Sequence record: DRR378314_1251
DNA: 58,552 bases
Reading direction: 5' to 3' (one strand)
Each line of letters opens with the position of its first letter. Within the stretch, counting starts at the first letter, position 1. Below are positions 37,688-47,211 of this stretch, piece after piece. Made by a program: the position numbers and the translations under genes. The notes below the pieces were generated by a model that worked only from the letters and a program-made list of their open reading frames with translations, did not search any database and was not told where the DNA came from.

Positions 37688-40600
37688 TCAGGGATTTGGA
37701 ACAGATTGAGTGACAAGGCGAACATCACCGATCAATCCGATCTTTGGATGCTTCTTCTCTCCAAGCCCTGCCATGAATTCCATTTTCGGTTCTTCACCGG
37801 ACTCTGCTCGCGCAACCAGTTCGTGGAACCGAGGCGGCGTTACGGTCAGTGTGATCTGGTTCTCGCCTGCGTAAAGCGCGGAGGAGATATTGATCTCATA
37901 CGGTGGCAGCACAAGCCGCCCCAAGTCGCTTCCATTCACCGAAACCGCCACGCTACCGTCGACGCGCTCCATCACCAGATAGATCGGACCCGGGATCTCG
38001 GACACAGAAGTGGTGGTTGAATAGACAAGCCCCGTCCCTTCGTCACGAAATCCTTCAAGGCTTGCCGCATCAACGAGTGGAGACTCCAACTCGGCCTCAA
38101 AGGTGCCAGCCTTCAGCGACCACTCTGTCAATGAAATGCCTTCGCCAATGGGCAACGACTCGTAGACGACAGCGCCGGGCAGTTCGCCGGGCGTCTCGAT
38201 CAGGAAGAGAGACGCCAGAGCCGGAAAGGCAAGCTCGACCTGCCCTTGGCCGGCTTCCTCAAATTTGAATGCCTGACCTGTTGTCGGATCAAATGCATAG
38301 AGACTGCTACCCTCATCCAGCGTCACGTCCACAGTCACGCGTGTCGCCGTCGCACTCTGGTTGGAGAGGAAGTGAATTGCGCTATCATCCGACTGAACAC
38401 GGGTAACCCGGCGTACAGTGCTGGCCCCGGCAAAGACGAAGTTTCCTTTCGCCCAGGCTTTCAACGCGCCCGCATCCGACAATGTACGGTTGGCTTCCAG
38501 CACGCGCATAATCTCGGCGATTTGGGCATCTCTCACCTGATGATCCAAATAACCTGGCTGACGGGTTGGTGTGCGCCCCATGATAGCGACGCGATCCGAT
38601 ATGGCCGAAAGCGCCTGGGCCGATTCCAGCTCGATCCACGGCGCATCAAACAACAGGATTTTCTGGTCCGCATTGAGCGTATCGAGACGATGCGTGAGTG
38701 CGTCATCATTTATCCAGGTCCATGTAATGCCACGCTCATCCAGTTCTTTCACGATCGGCATGAGGCGTTCGAGCCAAAGCGTGCTTTCCAGTTTCTCGAT
38801 CTCAGGCAGCTTGACGAAGGGAATGCTGCCACCTGCCTCTTTATCAGCGCGGTCGACTTCGTCGGGCATAGCGCCCATGAAGAGGAACAGATCCTTTGCT
38901 TGCTCGCTGATGGACAGCTCACTCGGGAATCCGAGGAATGGATAATAGATCAGGACGTCAGCATCTGGCTTACCTGCCTGTAGAAGGTTCTGTGAACGGA
39001 CCAGATAGGTGTTGATCTCTTCCAACGTATTCCAGATTGAGGATTCTGGCCCATAGTTTCCGGAATAATTGAACTCTCCGCCACTTCCGTGGAAGGGGTG
39101 CCAGCCCATTTCACCGAATGCCTCTGCATATTCTGGCCGATCGGAATCATAGGGCACACCATGATAGAGAATCTGGTTTACGCCAGACAGGAACAGCTTG
39201 TCTGCGGCCGCCTTGATCCGTGCCGGTGAAACCGCATAGCCCATTTCCGACCACACAAAGGATTCGCTTGCGATAACTGGTCGGTCATAGAGCAGTCCCG
39301 CAGCTCCCGCGAGCTTCAACGAGAACTCCGAACCGCCGCCATACAATTGCTCCATCTCCGGAATGTGATTGCGACCAAGTGCCTGAATCGCATCCAAATC
39401 CATTCCGTAGCTTTGGCCCTTGGACAGCAAGCCCCGGGCCTCTGCCCAATCCGCGCTCCCCCCAACGAAGCGATCCACGAGGAGATCAGAAATGGTCTTC
39501 TGATAATCGAAGCGAATGCGCTCGTCGTTTTCTGTTAGTTTGAAGCTTGGTGCCGCGTAGACCCGAGCCACGTCTCGCACATAGAAATTGTCGCGCACAT
39601 CGACGAAGACAGCAGGAATAAGGGGCGCAAGATCATATCCCCGACGGCTCTCGAACTCCTCCAGAATATCAGGCGTGCCCAGGCGGTCCGCCATAAATTC
39701 GATACTGTCATTGAAGAAGCCGGTGAACCCGTCGCCATAATGCGCGCTCAAACCTGTGCGCTCCCCAAACGCGTAGGCGTAGTGCCCGCTCAGGATTTCT
39801 GTATCCAGATGGTCCACAACGAAGCCGGAAGAATCCCCGGCCACAAGAACCGGTGCAGATCCGGAGGGCTGGCTCCACGCCGCAACAATGACCCATTCGC
39901 CTTCAGGCGCATCCCAGGACAGCCGACCATCCACAACGCGGTCTGTCAGGACAATAGCTGACGCACCGTCCAGCTCTACAGTGTCGGTTGCAACCATCGG
40001 ACTTCCGTCTCGCTTTCCGCCAATCTTTTTGGCCGCGACGACGCTTACCAGCTGGCCCAGCTCGGGCACAAAATTGTTCAGGTCTGCCCCGGGCGACGCA
40101 TGGCTGAACGCCATCTCGCCATAGGCCATCAGATGGTCCCCAAAGCCCGCTTTCGGTGCTGGCAGATCAAAACTGACCTCTCGGCCACCGGAAACTGTCT
40201 TCTCGGAGAAACGCAATTCCCGAAGTCCTTCATCAACCGGCACCTGTGGACCACCTGCCGGCCAACCGCTCAGATGGTTCAAGTACAAATCGAAGTTCAG
40301 GTCTGATGCACACGCCATGACTTCGGAGAGTTCGGCGTTGAATTCATCTGATCCGAACGATCGAATACTTGCCTGGATTTCGTCTGAATCAATATCGAGT
40401 CCCGCTGCGAACGCCTGAATCTCGACGCCGCCAAACCCTTTGGCATCAAAGGCTGCTAGCTGCGCGCATGCCGTCTCGGCCGAAACATCTCCACCGGGCC
40501 ACCACCACCGGGTCCACGGCCGGCGCTCCTCCGGCGGATGGGTCAGGGCTCCCGGTTGGGTCAGGTCCAGTTCATAGCTGAGATTGATCGCGCTTTTTGG

Positions 40601-40777
40601 TGCGCCGACCTGCTCCCGATACTCCAGCAAACTGCTCACCTCGGGATTATTATCCGGAAGCGTCATATGGGATTTGATCTTGCCATTCAGCCAGAACCAG
40701 CCAATCGCCACCGCGAGCAGTGCAAGCACGACAAGCGCCCCGATGCCGATTCCCAGCCACTTCAATATCCGGCCCAT
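37688..40777 (-). CDS. Glycoside hydrolase family 106 (alpha-L-rhamnosidase-like), N-terminally anchored
   Basis: RPWTRWWWPG, GFGGVEI, GWPAGGP, FNDSIE, FESRRGYDL and GVNQILYHG motifs. Confidence 0.85.
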   Translation of the reverse strand: MGRILKWLGIGIGALVVLALLAVAIGWFWLNGKIKSHMTLPDNNPEVSSLLEYREQVGAPKSAINLSYELDLTQPGALTHPPEERRPWTRWWWPGGDVSAETACAQLAAFDAKGFGGVEIQAFAAGLDIDSDEIQASIRSFGSDEFNAELSEVMACASDLNFDLYLNHLSGWPAGGPQVPVDEGLRELRFSEKTVSGGREVSFDLPAPKAGFGDHLMAYGEMAFSHASPGADLNNFVPELGQLVSVVAAKKIGGKRDGSPMVATDTVELDGASAIVLTDRVVDGRLSWDAPEGEWVIVAAWSQPSGSAPVLVAGDSSGFVVDHLDTEILSGHYAYAFGERTGLSAHYGDGFTGFFNDSIEFMADRLGTPDILEEFESRRGYDLAPLIPAVFVDVRDNFYVRDVARVYAAPSFKLTENDERIRFDYQKTISDLLVDRFVGGSADWAEARGLLSKGQSYGMDLDAIQALGRNHIPEMEQLYGGGSEFSLKLAGAAGLLYDRPVIASESFVWSEMGYAVSPARIKAAADKLFLSGVNQILYHGVPYDSDRPEYAEAFGEMGWHPFHGSGGEFNYSGNYGPESSIWNTLEEINTYLVRSQNLLQAGKPDADVLIYYPFLGFPSELSISEQAKDLFLFMGAMPDEVDRADKEAGGSIPFVKLPEIEKLESTLWLERLMPIVKELDERGITWTWINDDALTHRLDTLNADQKILLFDAPWIELESAQALSAISDRVAIMGRTPTRQPGYLDHQVRDAQIAEIMRVLEANRTLSDAGALKAWAKGNFVFAGASTVRRVTRVQSDDSAIHFLSNQSATATRVTVDVTLDEGSSLYAFDPTTGQAFKFEEAGQGQVELAFPALASLFLIETPGELPGAVVYESLPIGEGISLTEWSLKAGTFEAELESPLVDAASLEGFRDEGTGLVYSTTTSVSEIPGPIYLVMERVDGSVAVSVNGSDLGRLVLPPYEINISSALYAGENQITLTVTPPRFHELVARAESGEEPKMEFMAGLGEKKHPKIGLIGDVRLVTQSVPNP

Positions 40778-40851
40778 GTTTCTTCCCTCGTGTTTTGTCG
40801 GCTGGCAGTTGCTCCGGCCAGCTATGATTGTTCAGCAGGTATGCCACGCCG

Positions 40852-42708
40852 TCAAAGGCGCAGCGCACCCTCGGCCAGCGCATCCCGGTCCGAGATGGTG
40901 TACGGCCTGTAGCTCTTTTCCCGTTCGTCCAGAATGAAAACGCCATCCACGTTCGCAAGCCCGTCAATGCCCTGCTTGACCAAATCCACTTTGGACAGCT
41001 TCAACGTCCCCGTTGTGTTGTGGCCGTCGACGATACGCAGAAAGACGGGCCGTGCATATGACGGCAAATGCTTTGCAATCTCTTCGTATACAGATGCCAC
41101 TGAGAACGTCTCATCGACCGACACAGCCGCCATTCCCGCTTTGCCGTCAAACCCTGGGACCGGCACGCCGAACACATTGGCAATGGTCACCCCCGGAACA
41201 TGGGACATCACTTCCGCGACCTCTGTGGTCGATACATTTTCCGACTTCCAGCGGAATGTATCGCCAACCCGGTCCACAAAATAGAAACGTCCCATCCTGT
41301 CCCGGCGCATCAGGTCACCCGAACGGAACCAGGCATCATTTGCTTCAAATACATTGCGCAGGATCTTCTTCTCAGTCGCGGATTTGTCGCTATACCCCTC
41401 AAAACTGTTGCGGGTTTCCGTCTGCTTGATTGCACCAATGGCCTCGCCGGGCTCGTCTATATCTGCCTCCATGCAGAGGCCGTCAGGCGCACGAAGGATC
41501 TCACCTGTAACTGGGTCGGTCTTCACGATCCTTATCAACATCTGCTTACGGATGATGGGAGGTACACAGCCCACCGACCCAATCGTTCCATCCAGATTGA
41601 TGAGAGAGATGTTACCTTCTGTTGATCCGTAGAATTCGAACAATTGCTTGATGCCCGTTCGGTTTACAAATTGCCGCCAAACATCAGGCCGCATGCCATT
41701 CCCGAGGCCGCGGGTCATCTTGTGCGTCCGCTCCGCGTCGCTGGGTGGCTGGTTCATCAGGAACCGCCCAAGCTCTCCAACATAGATGAACATGGTCGCG
41801 CCATAATCGCGGGCCTCTTTCCAGAAGGCGCTGGCCGAGAATTTGCGACGCAAGAGGATTGCGGCCCCCGTGGTCAACGCAATGCCCACACCGCAGACGC
41901 CGGTTGTCCCGTGATAGAGCGGGAGCGTCTCGTAGATCACATCATCAGGCCCGACCTGGCACGGGGTCGCGAAACTGCGCATCATGATCAGGCATCGCGC
42001 ATGGGTCATCTTCGCTGCCTTGGGCAGGCCAGTGGTGCCGGATGTGTAGATCAGAAGCGCGACATCCTTGCCCCGCAAGGCATCCCTTTGAGATCGGTCA
42101 GGGCGATCCGAGGAAAGAGTTTCGAGCCAGTTGGAGAACGTGCTGCCCGGATCAAGAATTTCGACAGGCACACTGCTGTCTACCAGATCGGCGCGAATGT
42201 CCCGCACACGGGCGTCCAGCTCCTGACAGGTAATGATTGCCCTGGCTTCAGCCACGTTAAGACAATGCGTCAGGCCGGTGCCAGACAGGTGCGAATTGAT
42301 CAGCGCCGTTATCACACCAATCTTCGACAGGCCGAACCACACCGCGACATAGTCCGGTCGGTTGTCCATGAATAGGGCGACCGTGTCTCCGGGCTTCAGC
42401 CCTATATTCTGCCCCCAGGCCGCTATCCTGTTCGCCCGCGCCTCAAGATCGGCATAGGTGGAGCGCGCGCCTTCAAAGATAAAAGCGGTGTTGTCCGCGA
42501 AGCGATCAACCGTGCCTTCAAGAACGTCCGGGATCAGCACCGACCCATGCGGCGTGAAAGCTTTGGTGTCCTGATCGATCTGTCGGAGCTTTGCCGTATA
42601 GACAATCTGCTTCCACAAGCGGGAAAGTGCGCCGCCATCACGACGATCAGATTGGTCCGCAGGCTTGGCACCCCGCTTCGCAAGCGACAAATCCAAAGCT
42701 TCCTCCAC
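40852..42708 (-). CDS. Long-chain acyl-CoA synthetase (FATP-like)
   Basis: IYTSGTTGLPKAA, YGSTEGN and FVDRVGDTFRWKSENVST motifs. Confidence 0.93.
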   Translation of the reverse strand: MEEALDLSLAKRGAKPADQSDRRDGGALSRLWKQIVYTAKLRQIDQDTKAFTPHGSVLIPDVLEGTVDRFADNTAFIFEGARSTYADLEARANRIAAWGQNIGLKPGDTVALFMDNRPDYVAVWFGLSKIGVITALINSHLSGTGLTHCLNVAEARAIITCQELDARVRDIRADLVDSSVPVEILDPGSTFSNWLETLSSDRPDRSQRDALRGKDVALLIYTSGTTGLPKAAKMTHARCLIMMRSFATPCQVGPDDVIYETLPLYHGTTGVCGVGIALTTGAAILLRRKFSASAFWKEARDYGATMFIYVGELGRFLMNQPPSDAERTHKMTRGLGNGMRPDVWRQFVNRTGIKQLFEFYGSTEGNISLINLDGTIGSVGCVPPIIRKQMLIRIVKTDPVTGEILRAPDGLCMEADIDEPGEAIGAIKQTETRNSFEGYSDKSATEKKILRNVFEANDAWFRSGDLMRRDRMGRFYFVDRVGDTFRWKSENVSTTEVAEVMSHVPGVTIANVFGVPVPGFDGKAGMAAVSVDETFSVASVYEEIAKHLPSYARPVFLRIVDGHNTTGTLKLSKVDLVKQGIDGLANVDGVFILDEREKSYRPYTISDRDALAEGALRL

Positions 42709-42880
42709 TTTTTCTCCACTTGTAATCTTTTTATCTGATCGCTAAGCTCGCGCAACAGATCACAAATGGCAATTGTAATTTTCTCCAATTGAAATTATTT
42801 CTGTTTGAACCGGTCGGCAACAGGCTTGGCAAAAATATTTACGGGAGGATGTCGGCCGCTTGCGCCGACATTGGCACTTT

Positions 42881-44269
42881 ATGAACTCTATTGCGTCTCA
42901 GGGCCTATCGGTCTCGCCTGCCACCCAAATCGGCTTCGGACGCAGAGCCGGGTTTGGCCTCGGCGATTTCGGCATCAATATTTTCTGGAACATGACGAAT
43001 CTTTTCGCCATGTTCTTCTATACTGATGTCGCGGGCCTGCCGAACTTCATGGCCGGGCTCGTGATCTTCGGAGCGATGCTCTGGGATGCGGTGACAGACC
43101 CACTCGTCGGTCTGCTCGCGGACCGCACCCGCACAAGGCTTGGCCGCTTCCGCCCCTACCTTTTCCTTGGCGCAATTCCGCTCGGCTTGTCCTTCATGTT
43201 CATGTTCAGGACCGGCAATCTCGAACTGGGTGCGTTGGCGCTTTACGCCTTTGCCACGCAGATCATTTTCCGAACTTTCTACACAGTTGTCAGTGTTCCT
43301 TATGGATCCTTGTCGGCTCGCATGACGAAGGACCCGAATGAACGAAGCGCGCTGGCAGTCTACAGAATGGTATTCGCCACCACCGCCGGCATCCTGATCG
43401 CTGCATTCACACGAGACGGCGCTGCGGTGCTCGGCGGCGGGGACCTCAAGCTGGGCTTTGAACGCCTGGCGATGGTGTACGCCGTGCTCGGCGCCGCCGC
43501 CGTCCTGGCATGTGCCGTCTTCACGCGCGAGCCTGATATTGACCAGAACGAGCCTTCCGCAGCCCTGCGGGACCAAGCCCGCATGATGCGACAGAACTCT
43601 GCATTCTGGATCGTCTTCGCCACGACAGTGATCGGGGGTATCGGCTCCACCGTCGCCGGCAAGGCGATGTTGTATTACCTGAAATACAATCTGAATGCCG
43701 AACACCTGTTCGGCGTAGTGATGTTCAGCATCACTTTGATGGTCATGTTCTGTGTGCCGATCTGGGGCTTTCTCTCCCGGCGGATTGGCAAACGGGCCGT
43801 CTGGGCGTGTGGTGCCTCCATTTCAGCCATCACGACGGCGCTACTTTTCTTTAATCCCGTGGAGACGGCTCTGGTCGTTACGCTGATCCTGATCTTCGGG
43901 GCGATCGGATCGTCGGCAAGTTATGTCAGTGTCTGGTCCACGCTTCCTGACACGGTTGAATATGGCGAATGGAAAACCGGCGTTCGGTCTGAATCGCTTG
44001 TTTTCGGCGCAATCGCATTCGCACAGAAACTGTCGCTTGGCGTTGCCACCCTGTTCAGCGGCTTCCTGCTCGATGCTTTCGGATATGTCGCCAATCAGGA
44101 GCAGACGCCACAGGCGCTGCTGGGCCTGAAACTCATGATTTCTGTCATCCCTTTCATGGCGGCGATCACCTGTCTCGTCCTGATCCTCAACTACAAGCTC
44201 GACCAGGCGCGACACCGAGAGATCGTCCGTGACATCGAGCTGCGCGAAAGCCATTCCGACTCTCAGTAA
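42881..44269 (+). CDS. Glycoside-pentoside-hexuronide family MFS transporter
   Basis: WDAVTDPLVG...DRTRTRLGRFRPY; PDTVEYGEWKTGVR. Confidence 0.93.
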   Translation: MNSIASQGLSVSPATQIGFGRRAGFGLGDFGINIFWNMTNLFAMFFYTDVAGLPNFMAGLVIFGAMLWDAVTDPLVGLLADRTRTRLGRFRPYLFLGAIPLGLSFMFMFRTGNLELGALALYAFATQIIFRTFYTVVSVPYGSLSARMTKDPNERSALAVYRMVFATTAGILIAAFTRDGAAVLGGGDLKLGFERLAMVYAVLGAAAVLACAVFTREPDIDQNEPSAALRDQARMMRQNSAFWIVFATTVIGGIGSTVAGKAMLYYLKYNLNAEHLFGVVMFSITLMVMFCVPIWGFLSRRIGKRAVWACGASISAITTALLFFNPVETALVVTLILIFGAIGSSASYVSVWSTLPDTVEYGEWKTGVRSESLVFGAIAFAQKLSLGVATLFSGFLLDAFGYVANQEQTPQALLGLKLMISVIPFMAAITCLVLILNYKLDQARHREIVRDIELRESHSDSQ

Positions 44270-44287
44270 AAGGACCCCGCACGCCCT

Positions 44288-46393
44288 ATGGTCAATGCAC
44301 ACAAAGACTTCAACACGGCCCCTCTGGACCCGGCTCTTGAGCAGGAAGTCAAATCCATCGTCGATGACTTGTCTCTGACCGAGAAGGTGAAGATGCTGTC
44401 AGGACACGGCTTCTTCGAGAAGTTCTTTGGCGAGGAAAATCGACAGTTCGGTCAACGCGCCTATCCTGCGGGCAGCGGCAACGAACGTCACGATATTCCG
44501 TCGCTATACTTCTGCGATGGGCCGAGAGGCGCGCGACACAAGCGGAATACCACCTGCTTTCCAGTCACCATGGCGCGCGGAGCGACCTGGGATCGCGACA
44601 TTGAACGCCGCGTGGGTGAAGCCATCGCGATTGAAGCGCGCGCGCTTGGCGCCTCAATATCCGGTGCCGTCTGCATCAACTTGCTGCGCCATCCGGCTTG
44701 GGGCCGCGCACAGGAAACCTATGGCGAAGACCCCGTGCACCTCGGTGAAATGGGCGCAGCGCTCACTGAAGGACTTCAGACCCACAACATCATCGCGACC
44801 GCAAAACACTTTGCAGTCAACAGCATCGAAAACTCGCGTTTCAAGGTTGATGTGCGCGTCACCGACCGCGCATTGCATGAAGTCTACCTGCCGCATTTCA
44901 AACGTGTGCTGATGTCAGGCTGCGCGTCCGTCATGAGCGCCTATAACAAGATCAACGGCGACTATTGCGCCCACAGCGTTCCGTTGCTGCGGAGTATTCT
45001 GAAAGACCAATGGGGCTTCAGAGGGTTCGTCCACTCTGACTGGGTGAAAGGATGTTACGGCGCCGACGCAGTTACGGCTGGTCTGGATGTCGAGATGCCC
45101 GAAGGTATTTTCTATGGCAGCAACCTCGAAGGCGCTGTCGAACGCGGGGAAGTGGATGAGGCACATGTCGACGAAGCGGTGACGCGCATTCTGCGCACCC
45201 AGTTCACATTCGCGCGCGCCGACGATCCCAGAACCTATTCCGAAGAAGACCTTGCCTGCGACGCCCATATCCAGTTGTCGCGCGAAGTCGCCGGGAAAAG
45301 TTTCGTCCTCCTGAAAAATGACGGTCTGCTCCCGCTTGATCGCGACAAGGCGCAAACAATCGCAGTGATCGGCAAACTTGCCGCCGAAGTGAATCTCGGT
45401 GATCGAGGTTCATCCAGCGTGAACCCGCCCTATGCGGTTACGATCCTTGATGGCCTGAAATCTGCCGCCGGACCAGACACGCAGATTGCATTTGACGACG
45501 GATCTGACCCTGCTCGCATGATCGAATGCGCAAAGGCTGCTGACGTAGTGATCGCCATTGTTGGCTATACCTGGGAGGATGAAGGAGAGTTTATCCCCGG
45601 AAATGAAGCCCTGGAAGGTCTGGACCCGGACAAACAAATGCCATCGCGCGGCGGTGATCGATCGTCCCTCAATCTGCTGAAATCCGACGAAGACATGATC
45701 GCTGAACTGTCGGATGCGAATGACCGTCTGCTGGTTGGCGTGATGTCCGGCAGCGCGGTCATCATGGAATCCTGGCGCAACAAACCTGCGGCGATCATGA
45801 TGACATGGTACCCCGGCATGGAAGGCGGTAACGCCTTTGCCTCGGCCATTTTTGGCGACATCAATCCGGAAGGACGCCTGCCATTCACAATTCCGACCGA
45901 TGCGGACCATTTGCCATTCTTCGATGCCGAAGCAGACGACATCAAATACGGTCTTTACCACGGTTACACGCTGCTGGAAAAATCCGGGCAGCGTGCGGCC
46001 TTCCCGTTCGGCTTCGGCCTTGGCTACACTGAATTCACATATGGCGACATCAGAGCGACAAAGGGCGACAAACTGCCAACACTCGAGATTGATGTTACAA
46101 ACACGGGCGACAAACCCGGCACCGAAACTGTGCAATTCTACATCGGCTTTGGCGAGAGCCTGATCGACCGCCCCGTCAAACTGCTGCGGGGGTTTGAAAA
46201 ACTATTCCTTCGCCCGGGCGAAACAAAAACCGTCGCCTTTTCCGTGACCCATCAGGACCTGGCCTATTACGACGAGACCTCACGGTCCTGGCAAGTCGAA
46301 CCTGTTGGTCATACGGCACATATCGGCGCGAACTGCGAAGACGCACTCACCCGCACCGTTCGCTTTGAAACAGAGCCGGCAGACGACTCATGA
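44288..46393 (+). CDS. GH3 beta-glucosidase-like enzyme without signal peptide
   Basis: DGPRG, GRAQETYGEDP, KHFAVN, HSDW nucleophile, FPFGFGLGYT, Fn3-like C-terminus. Confidence 0.93.
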   Translation: MVNAHKDFNTAPLDPALEQEVKSIVDDLSLTEKVKMLSGHGFFEKFFGEENRQFGQRAYPAGSGNERHDIPSLYFCDGPRGARHKRNTTCFPVTMARGATWDRDIERRVGEAIAIEARALGASISGAVCINLLRHPAWGRAQETYGEDPVHLGEMGAALTEGLQTHNIIATAKHFAVNSIENSRFKVDVRVTDRALHEVYLPHFKRVLMSGCASVMSAYNKINGDYCAHSVPLLRSILKDQWGFRGFVHSDWVKGCYGADAVTAGLDVEMPEGIFYGSNLEGAVERGEVDEAHVDEAVTRILRTQFTFARADDPRTYSEEDLACDAHIQLSREVAGKSFVLLKNDGLLPLDRDKAQTIAVIGKLAAEVNLGDRGSSSVNPPYAVTILDGLKSAAGPDTQIAFDDGSDPARMIECAKAADVVIAIVGYTWEDEGEFIPGNEALEGLDPDKQMPSRGGDRSSLNLLKSDEDMIAELSDANDRLLVGVMSGSAVIMESWRNKPAAIMMTWYPGMEGGNAFASAIFGDINPEGRLPFTIPTDADHLPFFDAEADDIKYGLYHGYTLLEKSGQRAAFPFGFGLGYTEFTYGDIRATKGDKLPTLEIDVTNTGDKPGTETVQFYIGFGESLIDRPVKLLRGFEKLFLRPGETKTVAFSVTHQDLAYYDETSRSWQVEPVGHTAHIGANCEDALTRTVRFETEPADDS

Positions 46394-46439
46394 AGATTGC
46401 CATATGGTCCCCAGCCCAAAGCCAGTGTAAGGAATTTGC

Positions 46440-47096
46440 ATGACAAATTCGAAAACGGCCACGAAAACACCCCAGCAACCCGTGCAAGCACGAGCCATCG
46501 AGACGCGCGCCCGAATCATTGAAGTCGCGATGAAAACCTTCGCGGAACGCGGATATGACGGGGCCAACACGCGCGACATTGCGGACGAGGCTGGCGCGAC
46601 GCATGGCGCGATCCGCTATCATTTTGGCACGAAAGAAGAGCTCTGGAAGAAAACCATCGAGACGATGTTCCACCAGCTACGCATGGACGTCTATGGTGAG
46701 GACGGCACGGAACTTTTGAACATAAAAAATCCCGTCAAAAGCATGCGGGAGTTCCTGTCGCGCTATATCCGCTATTCGGCAAACAACCCTGACCATGCAC
46801 GCATCATGATTTCAGAATCCGTGCGCGGCGGCCCGCGGCTCGAGTGGATGGCAGAAAACTTCATCAAGCCTGCCCACAAGATCCTGATGAAGGAAACACA
46901 GAAACAGATCAAATCAGGACTGCTGCCCGATCTGCCACCGGTTTCGATGTTCTACATTATCGTTTCAATGTGTCAGATGCCCTTTGTCCTCTCCAAGGAA
47001 ATCAAGCTTCTCCACAAACTCGATCTGAAAAAAACTCCAGCGATTGAGCAGCACATTGATGCTGTCATGGCTGTACTGGTGCGCAGCGGACGCTAA
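46440..47096 (+). CDS. TetR/AcrR family transcriptional regulator
   Basis: FAERGYDGANTRDIADEAG...IRYHFGTKEEL. Confidence 0.95.
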   Translation: MTNSKTATKTPQQPVQARAIETRARIIEVAMKTFAERGYDGANTRDIADEAGATHGAIRYHFGTKEELWKKTIETMFHQLRMDVYGEDGTELLNIKNPVKSMREFLSRYIRYSANNPDHARIMISESVRGGPRLEWMAENFIKPAHKILMKETQKQIKSGLLPDLPPVSMFYIIVSMCQMPFVLSKEIKLLHKLDLKKTPAIEQHIDAVMAVLVRSGR

Positions 47097-47139
47097 TGTT
47101 CGAACTTGACGTCGAAAACAAGCGTACTGTTTTTCGATA

Positions 47140-47163
47140 AAAACATTTCCATTGAAATGTTTT
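47140..47163. promoter_or_regulatory. Perfect 10-4-10 inverted repeat, candidate TetR operator
   Basis: AAAACATTTC-CATT-GAAATGTTTT upstream of the esterase gene. Confidence 0.6.
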
Positions 47164-47211
47164 GGGTGTATCCTCCCCGCAGATCAGAAACAGACAATCT
47201 CTGGGGAGAAT

